From an uncultured virus (IMG/VR IMGVR_UViG_3300020416_000657) (taxonomy: Duplodnaviria > Heunggongvirae > Uroviricota > Caudoviricetes): a stretch of DNA of 64,000 nt. The notes under the pieces were generated by a model. That model worked only from the letters and a program-made list of their open reading frames with translations, did no database searches and was not told the DNA's origin. Both the position numbers and the translations under genes were made by a program. Shown in pieces: positions 39,743-48,294 of the stretch. Positions within the stretch are counted from its first letter, which is position 1; each line of letters starts with the position of its first letter. The stretch lies in the IMG/VR virus record IMGVR_UViG_3300020416_000657; one strand, 5' to 3'.

Positions 39743-40361
39743 AATATTTTTGTCTCAAATTGTAATTGACTTCATTTTGTCCGTTTAACAAGACAATTGG
39801 ATAATCTGGTTTTATTTGATGAGCTCTTGGTGAGGTATCTGTTTCCATGTCTACCCCAGCAAGGAACGAATATATCAATCCTTTTGGGAATGTTCGTTTA
39901 AAGAACCTTCCATCATATAAAAAATTATCATCCTTACCATCGTATTTATGCAAGTTTAAATCAAAGTTTTTGAAAAATGCTTCTGTTATATAGGCGGCAT
40001 TATCACATTTCCATGCCATAACACTAGAGTTCCACGCGCCACCAAAGTCTTTCCAGTATGTTTCGCATATGGTAGGTTCATCGCAAAGGTCAAATAAAGG
40101 GGTAAGGTTACCTTGAACTATAACATCGAGGTCTAAATATATGGTTCGGCCACCAAAATTTTTACCAAGAAGTAAGATTTTTTCCCAGTTGCCTAGACCA
40201 GTATACTTCTGTGTAAGTATTCCTTGTTTTAATCCTTTTGGGTCATCGGTTCGACACCAAAAGTTGCCACCGAATAGATATGGTTTACACATATTATAAA
40301 TAGTGTTTACATCATCGGCAGAGTATTTGTTTCCGTATTTGAGGGTGACAATTGTTCTCAT
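39708..40361 (-). CDS. GT-A glycosyltransferase (KWGxKY family)
   Basis: LKYGNKY, CRTDD, WEKILL, YLDLDVIV (DxD) and WNSSVMAW motifs. Confidence 0.8.
   Translation of the reverse strand: MRTIVTLKYGNKYSADDVNTIYNMCKPYLFGGNFWCRTDDPKGLKQGILTQKYTGLGNWEKILLLGKNFGGRTIYLDLDVIVQGNLTPLFDLCDEPTICETYWKDFGGAWNSSVMAWKCDNAAYITEAFFKNFDLNLHKYDGKDDNFLYDGRFFKRTFPKGLIYSFLAGVDMETDTSPRAHQIKPDYPIVLLNGQNEVNYNLRQKYYDALSLHEMGE
40295..40302 (+). promoter_or_regulatory. T4-type late promoter inside the opposite-strand GT gene
   Basis: TATAAATA about 80 nt upstream of 40381. Confidence 0.55.
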
Positions 40362-40380
40362 AATTTAAAAGGTATTTTCC

Positions 40381-40716
40381 ATGGCAAAAAAAGTAATTAA
40401 AAATATAACGATAGACCAAGGTACTACTTTTAGTGAGACCCTAACAGTAACTACAGATGGGTCAACCGCTAAAAACCTTACAGGCTATACGACAGAATCA
40501 CAGTTCCGAAAAAGCTATGACAGTACTACTTATAATAGTTTTACAACCGCTCAAGTTGATGCTACTGGTGTTATAACTTTGTCTTTGACAGCAACACAAA
40601 CAGCCGCGTTGAAGTCTGGTAGATATGTTTATGATGTTGAAATTACAAACGCACCAGAAGTATTGAGGGTACAGGAAGGCATAATAACGGTAACACCACA
40701 AGTAACTAAATCATAA
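40381..40716 (+). CDS. conserved small virion-associated protein (Ig-like)
   Basis: NITIDQGTTF, NLTGYT..SQFRKSY, GVITLSLT..QT..LKSGRYVYDVEI and RVQEGIITVTPQVT, typical of a T4-like gene upstream of gp13. Confidence 0.75.
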   Translation: MAKKVIKNITIDQGTTFSETLTVTTDGSTAKNLTGYTTESQFRKSYDSTTYNSFTTAQVDATGVITLSLTATQTAALKSGRYVYDVEITNAPEVLRVQEGIITVTPQVTKS

Positions 40717-40727
40717 GGAAATGAAAA

Positions 40728-40898
40728 GTGGCAAAAAATTTTAAAGAAACACAACAAGACCTAACCGAATTGAACGGAGATGGTAACCGTGATAGAGGTA
40801 GGTATGGCGAGGACTACAGCATAGAAGAAAAGAAGTCTTGGAATGATTCTGGAGTTACGGTAGATTTCGAGAAACCGAAAGAAAAAAGGAAAGAGTAA
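40728..40898 (+). CDS. small hypothetical protein, 56 aa, GTG start (not in the ORF track)
   Basis: MAKNFKETQQDLTELNGDGNRDRGRYGEDYSIEEKKSWNDSGVTVDFEKPKEKRKE*; fills the gap and its TAA overlaps the next ATG. Confidence 0.5.
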   Translation: MAKNFKETQQDLTELNGDGNRDRGRYGEDYSIEEKKSWNDSGVTVDFEKPKEKRKE

Positions 40899-42391
40899 TG
40901 GATGAGTTAAAAAAACTCTTTGAGGCAATTGCAAAAGAAAAAACTAGAAACCAGCAACTGCAAAAAGAAGAAATTCTCAAAGAAGTAGAAAAATCTCAGA
41001 AGAAAAAGTCCCACAGTAAAAAAGTCCAAGAGGATTTCTGGGGAGTATTTAAGAGCGAGTTAAAAAAACTTTCGGAAGTTGAAGAACAAAATAAAAACAA
41101 ATTAGAAAAGTTACAAGAAATTAGAGATGAGTTTAAGGATGTAACTCCATTAATATATGAAGAACCAGAAGAAAAGATAGTAAAAGAAACTCCCGATTTC
41201 TTTGCTGGTATCAATCCAGAGAAAATGGCTTCAGAGTTTGACATTCGCCCAGTAAGTCAAATGTCAGAAGATATGGATAAAGAGTGGCCTGAAGAATTAC
41301 CACCCCCAGAACCAAATACAACAGGAAAATTAGACCCAGATATTTCTGCCTTAGAAGCAAAGGTTAATAAGTTAGAAATGAAATATGCTGGTGCGGTACA
41401 AGAAACAGAAGAGATAACAGAAGAAGCGCAACCAGAGTCATTTAATGTAAGTAAAGATGCTTACAGTACTGTCATGGATATTCTTAATCTCAAACCAGTA
41501 GAGAAAAAGAACAAGGATGAAAGACAATTACAAGAACTTGCAGTTCAATATCTCGCGGAAAGAAAAGAATCTGTACAGGAACAGGTTGATGAGACTGCTA
41601 GTGTTCAAAAACAAATAGACTCTATCAATACAAATATCCGACAAATGATTCTTGCTATGCAAGGTATCGGTGGCGGTGGTGAAGTTCGACTAGAATTCTT
41701 AGATGATATTGACCGTTCATCTGCTACAACAGATGGTAGGTTCCTACGATATAGTTCTTCCACTAAGAAGTGGGAAGGAGTTGCAATTGATTCTGGTGAC
41801 CAAGCTGCAATACTGGATAACTCTGGAACTCCAGCACTTGCAACTGGTGTAACCGCAGCTGAGATTAGAACATTAATTGACGCTCAACAATCTGGTAGTT
41901 TTGTGACCCTTAGTGGATTGTCTGTGGGTAGTGAAGCATCTGCATCTGGTGACGGTGGCATTTCATATAATAATTCTACTGGTGTATTTACATACACACC
42001 ACCAGACTTAAGCGCGTATGCAACACTTGCTAGTCCAGCACTTACTGGTAATCCTACTGCGCCAACACAATCTGCGAGTGATAATAGTACAAAGATTGCT
42101 ACAACTGCCTATGTTGAAACAGCTACTGCAAATCTTGTTGACTCTGCGCCATCAACTTTAAACACTTTAAATGAACTTGCAGCTGCTTTGGGAGATGATG
42201 AGAACTTTTCTACTACAGTAACAAATAATATTGCTACCAAGGCACCTCTTGCTAGTGCAGCTTTAACAGGAACACCAACCGCTCCAACAGCGTCAACTGG
42301 GACAAATACAACACAAATTGCCACTACAGCGTTTGTAAAACAAGAGATTGACGCCCTCAAAGCCTTACTATACGCATACGACCAATCCTAA
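40898..42391 (+). CDS. fibre/whisker-like protein: coiled-coil N-terminus and tail-fibre repeats
   Basis: Charged coiled coil, GGGGEVRLEFLDDID motif, two LASxALTGxPTAPT...IATTAxV repeats flanking DSAPSTLNTLNELAAALGDD. Confidence 0.7.
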   Translation: MDELKKLFEAIAKEKTRNQQLQKEEILKEVEKSQKKKSHSKKVQEDFWGVFKSELKKLSEVEEQNKNKLEKLQEIRDEFKDVTPLIYEEPEEKIVKETPDFFAGINPEKMASEFDIRPVSQMSEDMDKEWPEELPPPEPNTTGKLDPDISALEAKVNKLEMKYAGAVQETEEITEEAQPESFNVSKDAYSTVMDILNLKPVEKKNKDERQLQELAVQYLAERKESVQEQVDETASVQKQIDSINTNIRQMILAMQGIGGGGEVRLEFLDDIDRSSATTDGRFLRYSSSTKKWEGVAIDSGDQAAILDNSGTPALATGVTAAEIRTLIDAQQSGSFVTLSGLSVGSEASASGDGGISYNNSTGVFTYTPPDLSAYATLASPALTGNPTAPTQSASDNSTKIATTAYVETATANLVDSAPSTLNTLNELAAALGDDENFSTTVTNNIATKAPLASAALTGTPTAPTASTGTNTTQIATTAFVKQEIDALKALLYAYDQS

Positions 42392-42395
42392 GTCT

Positions 42396-42403
42396 TATAA
42401 ATA
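42396..42403 (+). promoter_or_regulatory. T4-type late promoter
   Basis: Intergenic TATAAATA upstream of gp13. Confidence 0.7.
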
Positions 42404-42437
42404 GTCGAAGAAATTAAAATTATTTTTAGGAGTCCAC

Positions 42438-43394
42438 ATGGCGTTATCCACAAGACAAGGACTCATTGACTATTGTTTGCGAAGATTGGGAGCTCCTGTC
42501 ATCGAAATCAATGTCGATGAAGACCAAATATCAGATAGAATAGATGATGCCTTTCAACATTGGAATGAATACCATTTTGATGGTGTCGAGAGGTCGTTTA
42601 TCAAACACAAGTTAACTGGGTCTACCATAACTTTGACAGGTAGTGCTACATTCACAGCAGGGGAAACATTCATTGGTGGAACATCTGGTGCGAAATCAAC
42701 AATACATGAGTCAAGTTCTGGTACTTCAGTAATATATGAAAAATCAGTTACCGCTTCAGCATTTGAAGTAGGTGAAGTAATTACAGGTTCGGACTCTGGT
42801 ACTACTGCAACTATTCAAAGTATATCGAAGGGTGATATAGAAAATGGATATATCCCTATAGGTAATAATATTTTGAATATAATAAGAGCGTTTAAGTTCG
42901 GTGCTCTCGTGGGTAGTAAATCAGATGGACTGTTTGATGTAGATTATCAGTTTGCATTGAATGACTTATACAATCTACTTTCTGCTGATATCACATACTA
43001 CTCAATGGTTAAGACCCATTTGAATGTATTAGAAAGTATATTCAGTAATGAAAGAGCTATTAGGTTTAACAGAAAAACAAACAGAATGTATCTAGATACG
43101 GACATGGATGCAACTTTTGATATAGATAATTATATTGTCGCGGAAGCATATGCTATAATAGACCCAGATACATTCACAGAGGTTTATGATGATATGTTCT
43201 TGAAAAGATATGCTACTGCTCTTATCAAAAGACAATGGGGTGAGAACATGAAAAAGTTCGGGGGAATCGCGTTGCCAGGCGGAGTAACACTCAATGGTGA
43301 CCAAATATACGGAGAAGCAATTCAAGAAATTTCTATAATAGAAGATGAAATGCAAATGAAGTATGAGTTACCCCCAATGATGATGACAGGGTAA
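42438..43394 (+). CDS. gp13: neck protein
   Basis: LIDYCLRRLGAPVIEINVD.DQ, YHFDG, FLKRYATALIKRQWGEN..KF and LPGGVTLNG motifs. Confidence 0.95.
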   Translation: MALSTRQGLIDYCLRRLGAPVIEINVDEDQISDRIDDAFQHWNEYHFDGVERSFIKHKLTGSTITLTGSATFTAGETFIGGTSGAKSTIHESSSGTSVIYEKSVTASAFEVGEVITGSDSGTTATIQSISKGDIENGYIPIGNNILNIIRAFKFGALVGSKSDGLFDVDYQFALNDLYNLLSADITYYSMVKTHLNVLESIFSNERAIRFNRKTNRMYLDTDMDATFDIDNYIVAEAYAIIDPDTFTEVYDDMFLKRYATALIKRQWGENMKKFGGIALPGGVTLNGDQIYGEAIQEISIIEDEMQMKYELPPMMMTG

Positions 43395-43398
43395 ATAA

Positions 43399-44151
43399 AT
43401 GGCAACCAATGTTTACTTCCAATCTGGCAATACAAGTGGAACTGCTAACGAACAACGATTAGTAGAAGACTTGGTTATTGAAAGTCTAAAGATATATGGA
43501 CATGATGTTCACTATATGCCTAGGACTTTGGTAAACAGGGACACTATCTTTGATGAAGATGAATTGTCTAAGTTCACGCAACAATATCCACTCGAAATGT
43601 ACTTGGAAAATGTAGAAGGGTATGAGGGCGAAGGAGAACTATTCACTAGGTTTGGAATAGAAATTAGAGACCAAGCAACATTTGTTCTTTCCAAGAGAAG
43701 GTGGGAACAGATGGTTGATAGAGAAGAAGATGCTGGTGGTACATTCCAGTTAACGGCAAGACCCGCTGAAGGTGACTTGTTATACTTTCCAAAAACAAAA
43801 TCTTTGTTTGAAATTAAACTGGTAGAGTTTCAGAATCCTTTTTATCAGTTAGGAAAAATTTATACATTCAGACTTCAATGCGAACTCTTTGAGTACAGTT
43901 CAGAAAGACTTGATACTGGTGATAGTGATATCGATGGAATCGAAGACTTGCAAAGTCTTGATATTCTACAGTTCCAGTTCCAGTTGGAGAATGGCGACTT
44001 GTTAAGACTAGAAGACCAATCTACTCTGATACTAGAGAGTTTCCAAACCAGTAGAGGAAATGTTGGCGTGGACAACGAGGACTTTGATTCATTACAATCC
44101 GCATCTAACATATTAGACTTTACAGAGAAGAATCCATTTGGTGAAATATAA
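43399..44151 (+). CDS. gp14: neck protein
   Basis: EQRLVEDLVIESLKIYG.DV.YMPR, RPAEGDLLYFP, PFYQLGK, CELFEYS and NPFG motifs. Confidence 0.95.
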   Translation: MATNVYFQSGNTSGTANEQRLVEDLVIESLKIYGHDVHYMPRTLVNRDTIFDEDELSKFTQQYPLEMYLENVEGYEGEGELFTRFGIEIRDQATFVLSKRRWEQMVDREEDAGGTFQLTARPAEGDLLYFPKTKSLFEIKLVEFQNPFYQLGKIYTFRLQCELFEYSSERLDTGDSDIDGIEDLQSLDILQFQFQLENGDLLRLEDQSTLILESFQTSRGNVGVDNEDFDSLQSASNILDFTEKNPFGEI

Positions 44152-45146
44152 TGTTTAAAAATAAACAATTTTATAATCAACACACACGCAAGGCCATAAT
44201 TGCATTTGGTACTATTTTTAATAATATCCAAATAAACAGGTCAAATGCTGGTGGGGTTACTGAACAAGTGATTCGTGTACCTCTTTCATACTCTACAAAA
44301 CAAAAGTTTTTAACTAGAATTGAGGCGATACCAGACACCGAATCTCGTGGAGAAGTTGCAATTAGTTTGCCTCGCATGGGATTTGAGATTGTTGGGTTTC
44401 AATATGACCCATCAAGAAAGGTTTCGCCTGTACAAAAGAACATAACTACATCTGGTGCGGAAACAAATTCATATAGAACAAGTTTTGTATCTACACCATA
44501 TGATATGAACATATCTTTATATGTGTTTGCAAAAAATCAAGAAGATGCATTGCAGATAGTAGAACAGATTTTCCCATACTTTAACCCAGACTTCAATGTG
44601 ACAATAAATGATTTGCCTGAGTTAGGTATTAAAAGAGATATAAAAATAACTTTGGATAGTGTTAGTTACGAAGATACATTTGAGGGTGCATTTGCAGATA
44701 GACAAAGTATTAACTGGACACTTAACTTTACCATGAAATTAAATTATTATGGTTTTGTAAGTAATCAGTCGTTTATCAAAAAAGCAATAGCAGAAACATA
44801 TGAGAATTCAGAATTTGGTGGGCCGAGAGTCACACAGTCATTTGAAGTACGGAATACACTACCAACCGCAACCGCAACAATAAGTGGTGGTTCGGTTACA
44901 GGATTTACTATAACATACGGTGGAGCAGGATATACTAGTCCACCCAATATTACTCTTACTGGTAACGCGAGAGCACATGCTGAGTTAACGGATGGAGTAG
45001 TAACTAAAATTGTTATAGATGACGCTGGGAGTGGTTATTCAGATGCACCTACCGTAACATTTGAGGAACCACCTAATCATAATGCAAATCCCTATAAGGA
45101 TGACCCCTATAGGTTTGTGGAGGAGTTTGACCAAACTTATGTATAA
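44151..45146 (+). CDS. gp15: tail sheath stabiliser / tail terminator
   Basis: RKAIIAFGTIFNNI, VPLSY..KQKFL, LPRMGFEI and QIVEQIFPYFNP motifs; extra C-terminal GxGY module. Confidence 0.93.
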   Translation: MFKNKQFYNQHTRKAIIAFGTIFNNIQINRSNAGGVTEQVIRVPLSYSTKQKFLTRIEAIPDTESRGEVAISLPRMGFEIVGFQYDPSRKVSPVQKNITTSGAETNSYRTSFVSTPYDMNISLYVFAKNQEDALQIVEQIFPYFNPDFNVTINDLPELGIKRDIKITLDSVSYEDTFEGAFADRQSINWTLNFTMKLNYYGFVSNQSFIKKAIAETYENSEFGGPRVTQSFEVRNTLPTATATISGGSVTGFTITYGGAGYTSPPNITLTGNARAHAELTDGVVTKIVIDDAGSGYSDAPTVTFEEPPNHNANPYKDDPYRFVEEFDQTYV

Positions 45147-45148
45147 TT

Positions 45149-45607
45149 ATGCCAAAAAATAAAGTATTTGATGCACTTGATAAAACATTCAACACCGTAA
45201 CTACAGAACTTGCTGAGAAAAAGGGTGGCGTTCCCGCTGTGCCTGAAAAAGAAGATGAGAAACTAGATAAAGATTTTGAGGAAGCAAGGAATCTTTTGAA
45301 ACGCTCAGCCGAGTACGCGGAGGAAGCCGCTCAAGGTATTTTGAATGTTGCTACAAATAGTGACAATCCTCGTGCTTATGAAGTTGCTGGACAAATCATT
45401 AAGACTATGGGTGAACAAGCCAAGGATATGATGGAAGTCCAAGAGAAGAAACATCGAATTCAAAAGAATTCAGATGAACCAAGAACTATTAGTAAAACAA
45501 CAAACAACCTAGTTTTTACTGGTACAACTTCTGATATGTTGAAAGCACTAAAGAAAGAGAATGAAAAAATTATAGACCATGACCCAGATGACCCAGAATC
45601 CAGCTGA
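45149..45607 (+). CDS. gp16: terminase small subunit
   Basis: DFEEARNLL, PRAYEVAGQIIK and NNLVFTGTTSDMLK motifs. Confidence 0.92.
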   Translation: MPKNKVFDALDKTFNTVTTELAEKKGGVPAVPEKEDEKLDKDFEEARNLLKRSAEYAEEAAQGILNVATNSDNPRAYEVAGQIIKTMGEQAKDMMEVQEKKHRIQKNSDEPRTISKTTNNLVFTGTTSDMLKALKKENEKIIDHDPDDPESS

Positions 45608-46616
45608 ATACTGGTGTATGGAACATTTTAGGAAAGCCCTTACCGTTCCCAAGTTAGAAGAACACCTATCTGAAAACAAGATAAATAGGTTAGTGGTTCA
45701 TAATTTAAAAGAGGAAATATTAAATCCCTTCTTACCCAAGAAAGAACTGATAAAGTTAGATTTGTTTTCAGAGTTCCCTTCTTTAAGTTTTACTGTTATC
45801 GATAGTTCATACATAGACTCTAGTAAATTATTACCAAGAAATGCCGTGCATAAACCATATGGATTATATTTTTTGTGGCAAGTAATTGGACATGGTTCAT
45901 ATTGGGATGACGAACTAAAAAGAACTAATATAAAAAACTACTCTGGTAGTGAAGATACACACTTTTGTTGTTTAAATCATTCTATGAGACCATATAGACA
46001 AAAGTTGTGGGAGTTATTAGAAAAGGATAATTTAATCAATAAGTATTGTTCCAACTTGCGTCAAGGAGTATATACTGATATTAAAAGGAAGTTCATGTTA
46101 GATTGGTCAAAGAATTGGGATTTTTCTTACCAAGCTCATCCTTTGCATAAGAAAGGTGGATGGGCAGTAACACAGAGTCCAGCAGAATTCTATGACAAAA
46201 TACTCATAGATTTGTTTGTTGAGACTAGGACTAGTCACATTAGGTTTACTGAGAAAACTTTTAAACCTCTTTTGCATAGAAAATTATGTATGGGGTTTGG
46301 TGGACAAGGAATGTATAAAGAACTCAAATCAATGGGGTTCATGTTATATGATGGGTTTGTAGACTATCAGTTTGATGATATACAGGATGAAGGGGAAAGA
46401 TTTAAAGAGTTCTACAAACAATTTACAAATTTATTACAGTATCCCTTGAAAGAAATAGTAAGGGGTACAGAGTTAGCGAGAGAACACAATCGCAGAAGAT
46501 GTTTTGAAATGATATTAGAGACAGAAGACATACCCAGATTACCAGATATAGAGGAACCAGACTTCTTTCATTACATCAAACAACAAGCACATGGGGAAGT
46601 AAATGGCTGGAACTGA
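45579..46616 (+). CDS. hypothetical protein, possibly glycosyltransferase-related, inserted between gp16 and gp17
   Basis: FCCLN..RPYR, IDLFVET....FTEKTFKPL...GF.LY...DY.FD.I.D...RF; resembles the 'xTEK' motif of GT10-like proteins. Confidence 0.5.
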   Translation: MTQMTQNPAEYWCMEHFRKALTVPKLEEHLSENKINRLVVHNLKEEILNPFLPKKELIKLDLFSEFPSLSFTVIDSSYIDSSKLLPRNAVHKPYGLYFLWQVIGHGSYWDDELKRTNIKNYSGSEDTHFCCLNHSMRPYRQKLWELLEKDNLINKYCSNLRQGVYTDIKRKFMLDWSKNWDFSYQAHPLHKKGGWAVTQSPAEFYDKILIDLFVETRTSHIRFTEKTFKPLLHRKLCMGFGGQGMYKELKSMGFMLYDGFVDYQFDDIQDEGERFKEFYKQFTNLLQYPLKEIVRGTELAREHNRRRCFEMILETEDIPRLPDIEEPDFFHYIKQQAHGEVNGWN

Positions 46617-48231
46617 AGCATCATATCACGGTAACCCCAATCTAAAATCAATTGGGTATCAACACGATTTTACAAAAACGGAGTTTGAAGAATTTGTAAA
46701 GTGTGAACAAGACCCAATATATTTTATTGAGAATTACTGTCAAATAGTAACCTTGGATAAAGGTCTACAACCTTTCAAGCTATACGACTGTCAGAAAAGG
46801 AAAGTAGATTTCATCATGAATAATCGAAAGACTATTCTAATGGAAGGTAGACAGCAAGGCAAGACGGTGACAGCGGCCGCGTGTATATTACATTACTCTA
46901 TATTCAATGCAGACAAGAACATCGCTATAATGGCTAACAAGACCGCGGCTGCCAGAGAGGTGTTGTCAAGATATCAGACTATGTATGAACATCTTCCTAT
47001 ATGGATGCAACAGGGAGTCAAGACATGGAATAAGGGGGATGTGGACTTAGAGAATGGTTCTCGCGTGTTTACATCTGCAACCACATCATCTGGTATTCGG
47101 GGTAAATCAGTTAACTGGTTGTACATTGATGAGGCTGCAATTATACCAAACAATATAGCAGATGAGTTTTTTGCATCTGTATATCCTACTATCTCTGCTG
47201 GTGAGACCACAAAGATTCTATTGACATCCACGCCTTTGGGATATAATCATTTCTGGAAATTCTGGAATGAGGCAGAGAAAGGTACTAATGGGTTTGAGAA
47301 TATGTTTATACCGCATACTGAAATCCCAGGCCGCGATGACAAGTGGACACAAGAACAGTTTGATTTGTTAGGGGAAGTGAAGTTTAACCAAGAAGTATTG
47401 TGTGATTTCTTGGGGTCAACGAATACTTTGATTAGTGGTAAAGCTCTTTCTAATATGTCATCTACCGACCCAATTTATAGGAAGGATGGACTAGAGATAT
47501 ATGAAGAACCCCAAGACGATAAATACTATGTAATCTCGGCAGATACCGCTAGAGGTATAGGTGGAGATTTTTCGGCTTTCATTGTGGTTGATATCACAGA
47601 AATGCCGTTTAAGGTTGTAGGTAAGTATAGAGATAACAAAGTTTCTCCATTGTTATATCCAGACTTTATAGGAAAAGTAGCAAAGGATTATAATGATGCG
47701 TATGTTTTACTTGAAACAAATGATATAGGACAACAGGTAGTCGATATACTACACCAAGAACTAGAGTATGAGAACATTTTTAGTTGTGTACAGGAAAAAA
47801 ACAAACAATATGTTTCGCCTGGCTTCGGAAAACAAAGTACTCTAGGTGTACGAACATCAAAGGCAGTTAAAAGACAGGGGTGTTTGGCACTAAAAAGTTT
47901 GATTGAAGAACAGAAGTTCTTATTATTTGATGCTGAATGTATAAGTGAACTGTCAACTTTTGTTGAAAGGAGTGGTACATTTGCTGCTGATGAAGGATAC
48001 CACGATGACCTTGCAATGTGTATGGTACTATTTGCTTGGTTATCAACTAATACATTTTTTAAGGATTTGACTAATGTAGATATTCGTGACAATCTATACA
48101 ATTCACAGATGAGAATGATAGAAAATGATTTGACACCGTTTGGGCTTGTTGTAGACGGACATGAACCAGAAGCACAAGTTATGGATGGTGACTATTGGAT
48201 ATGGGCTGATGAGAAAGAAAAATTTTTATAA
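46603..48231 (+). CDS. gp17: terminase large subunit
   Basis: YHGNPNLK, Walker A GRQQGKT, Walker B LYIDEAA, STPLGYNHF, ADTARG.GGD.SA and HDDLAM motifs. Confidence 0.97.
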   Translation: MAGTEASYHGNPNLKSIGYQHDFTKTEFEEFVKCEQDPIYFIENYCQIVTLDKGLQPFKLYDCQKRKVDFIMNNRKTILMEGRQQGKTVTAAACILHYSIFNADKNIAIMANKTAAAREVLSRYQTMYEHLPIWMQQGVKTWNKGDVDLENGSRVFTSATTSSGIRGKSVNWLYIDEAAIIPNNIADEFFASVYPTISAGETTKILLTSTPLGYNHFWKFWNEAEKGTNGFENMFIPHTEIPGRDDKWTQEQFDLLGEVKFNQEVLCDFLGSTNTLISGKALSNMSSTDPIYRKDGLEIYEEPQDDKYYVISADTARGIGGDFSAFIVVDITEMPFKVVGKYRDNKVSPLLYPDFIGKVAKDYNDAYVLLETNDIGQQVVDILHQELEYENIFSCVQEKNKQYVSPGFGKQSTLGVRTSKAVKRQGCLALKSLIEEQKFLLFDAECISELSTFVERSGTFAADEGYHDDLAMCMVLFAWLSTNTFFKDLTNVDIRDNLYNSQMRMIENDLTPFGLVVDGHEPEAQVMDGDYWIWADEKEKFL

Positions 48232-48234
48232 ATA
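48227..48234 (+). promoter_or_regulatory. T4-type late promoter
   Basis: TATAAATA overlapping the gp17 stop, upstream of gp18. Confidence 0.7.
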
Positions 48235-48294
48235 ATTGCTAGGAATAACTATTTAGTCAAGATAGATTAAAAACGAAATACGAAGGAGAACAAA

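Noticed and set aside
45579..46616. Homing endonuclease or intron between terminase genes
   Set aside because: No HNH, GIY-YIG or LAGLIDADG motif; gp16 and gp17 are both intact.
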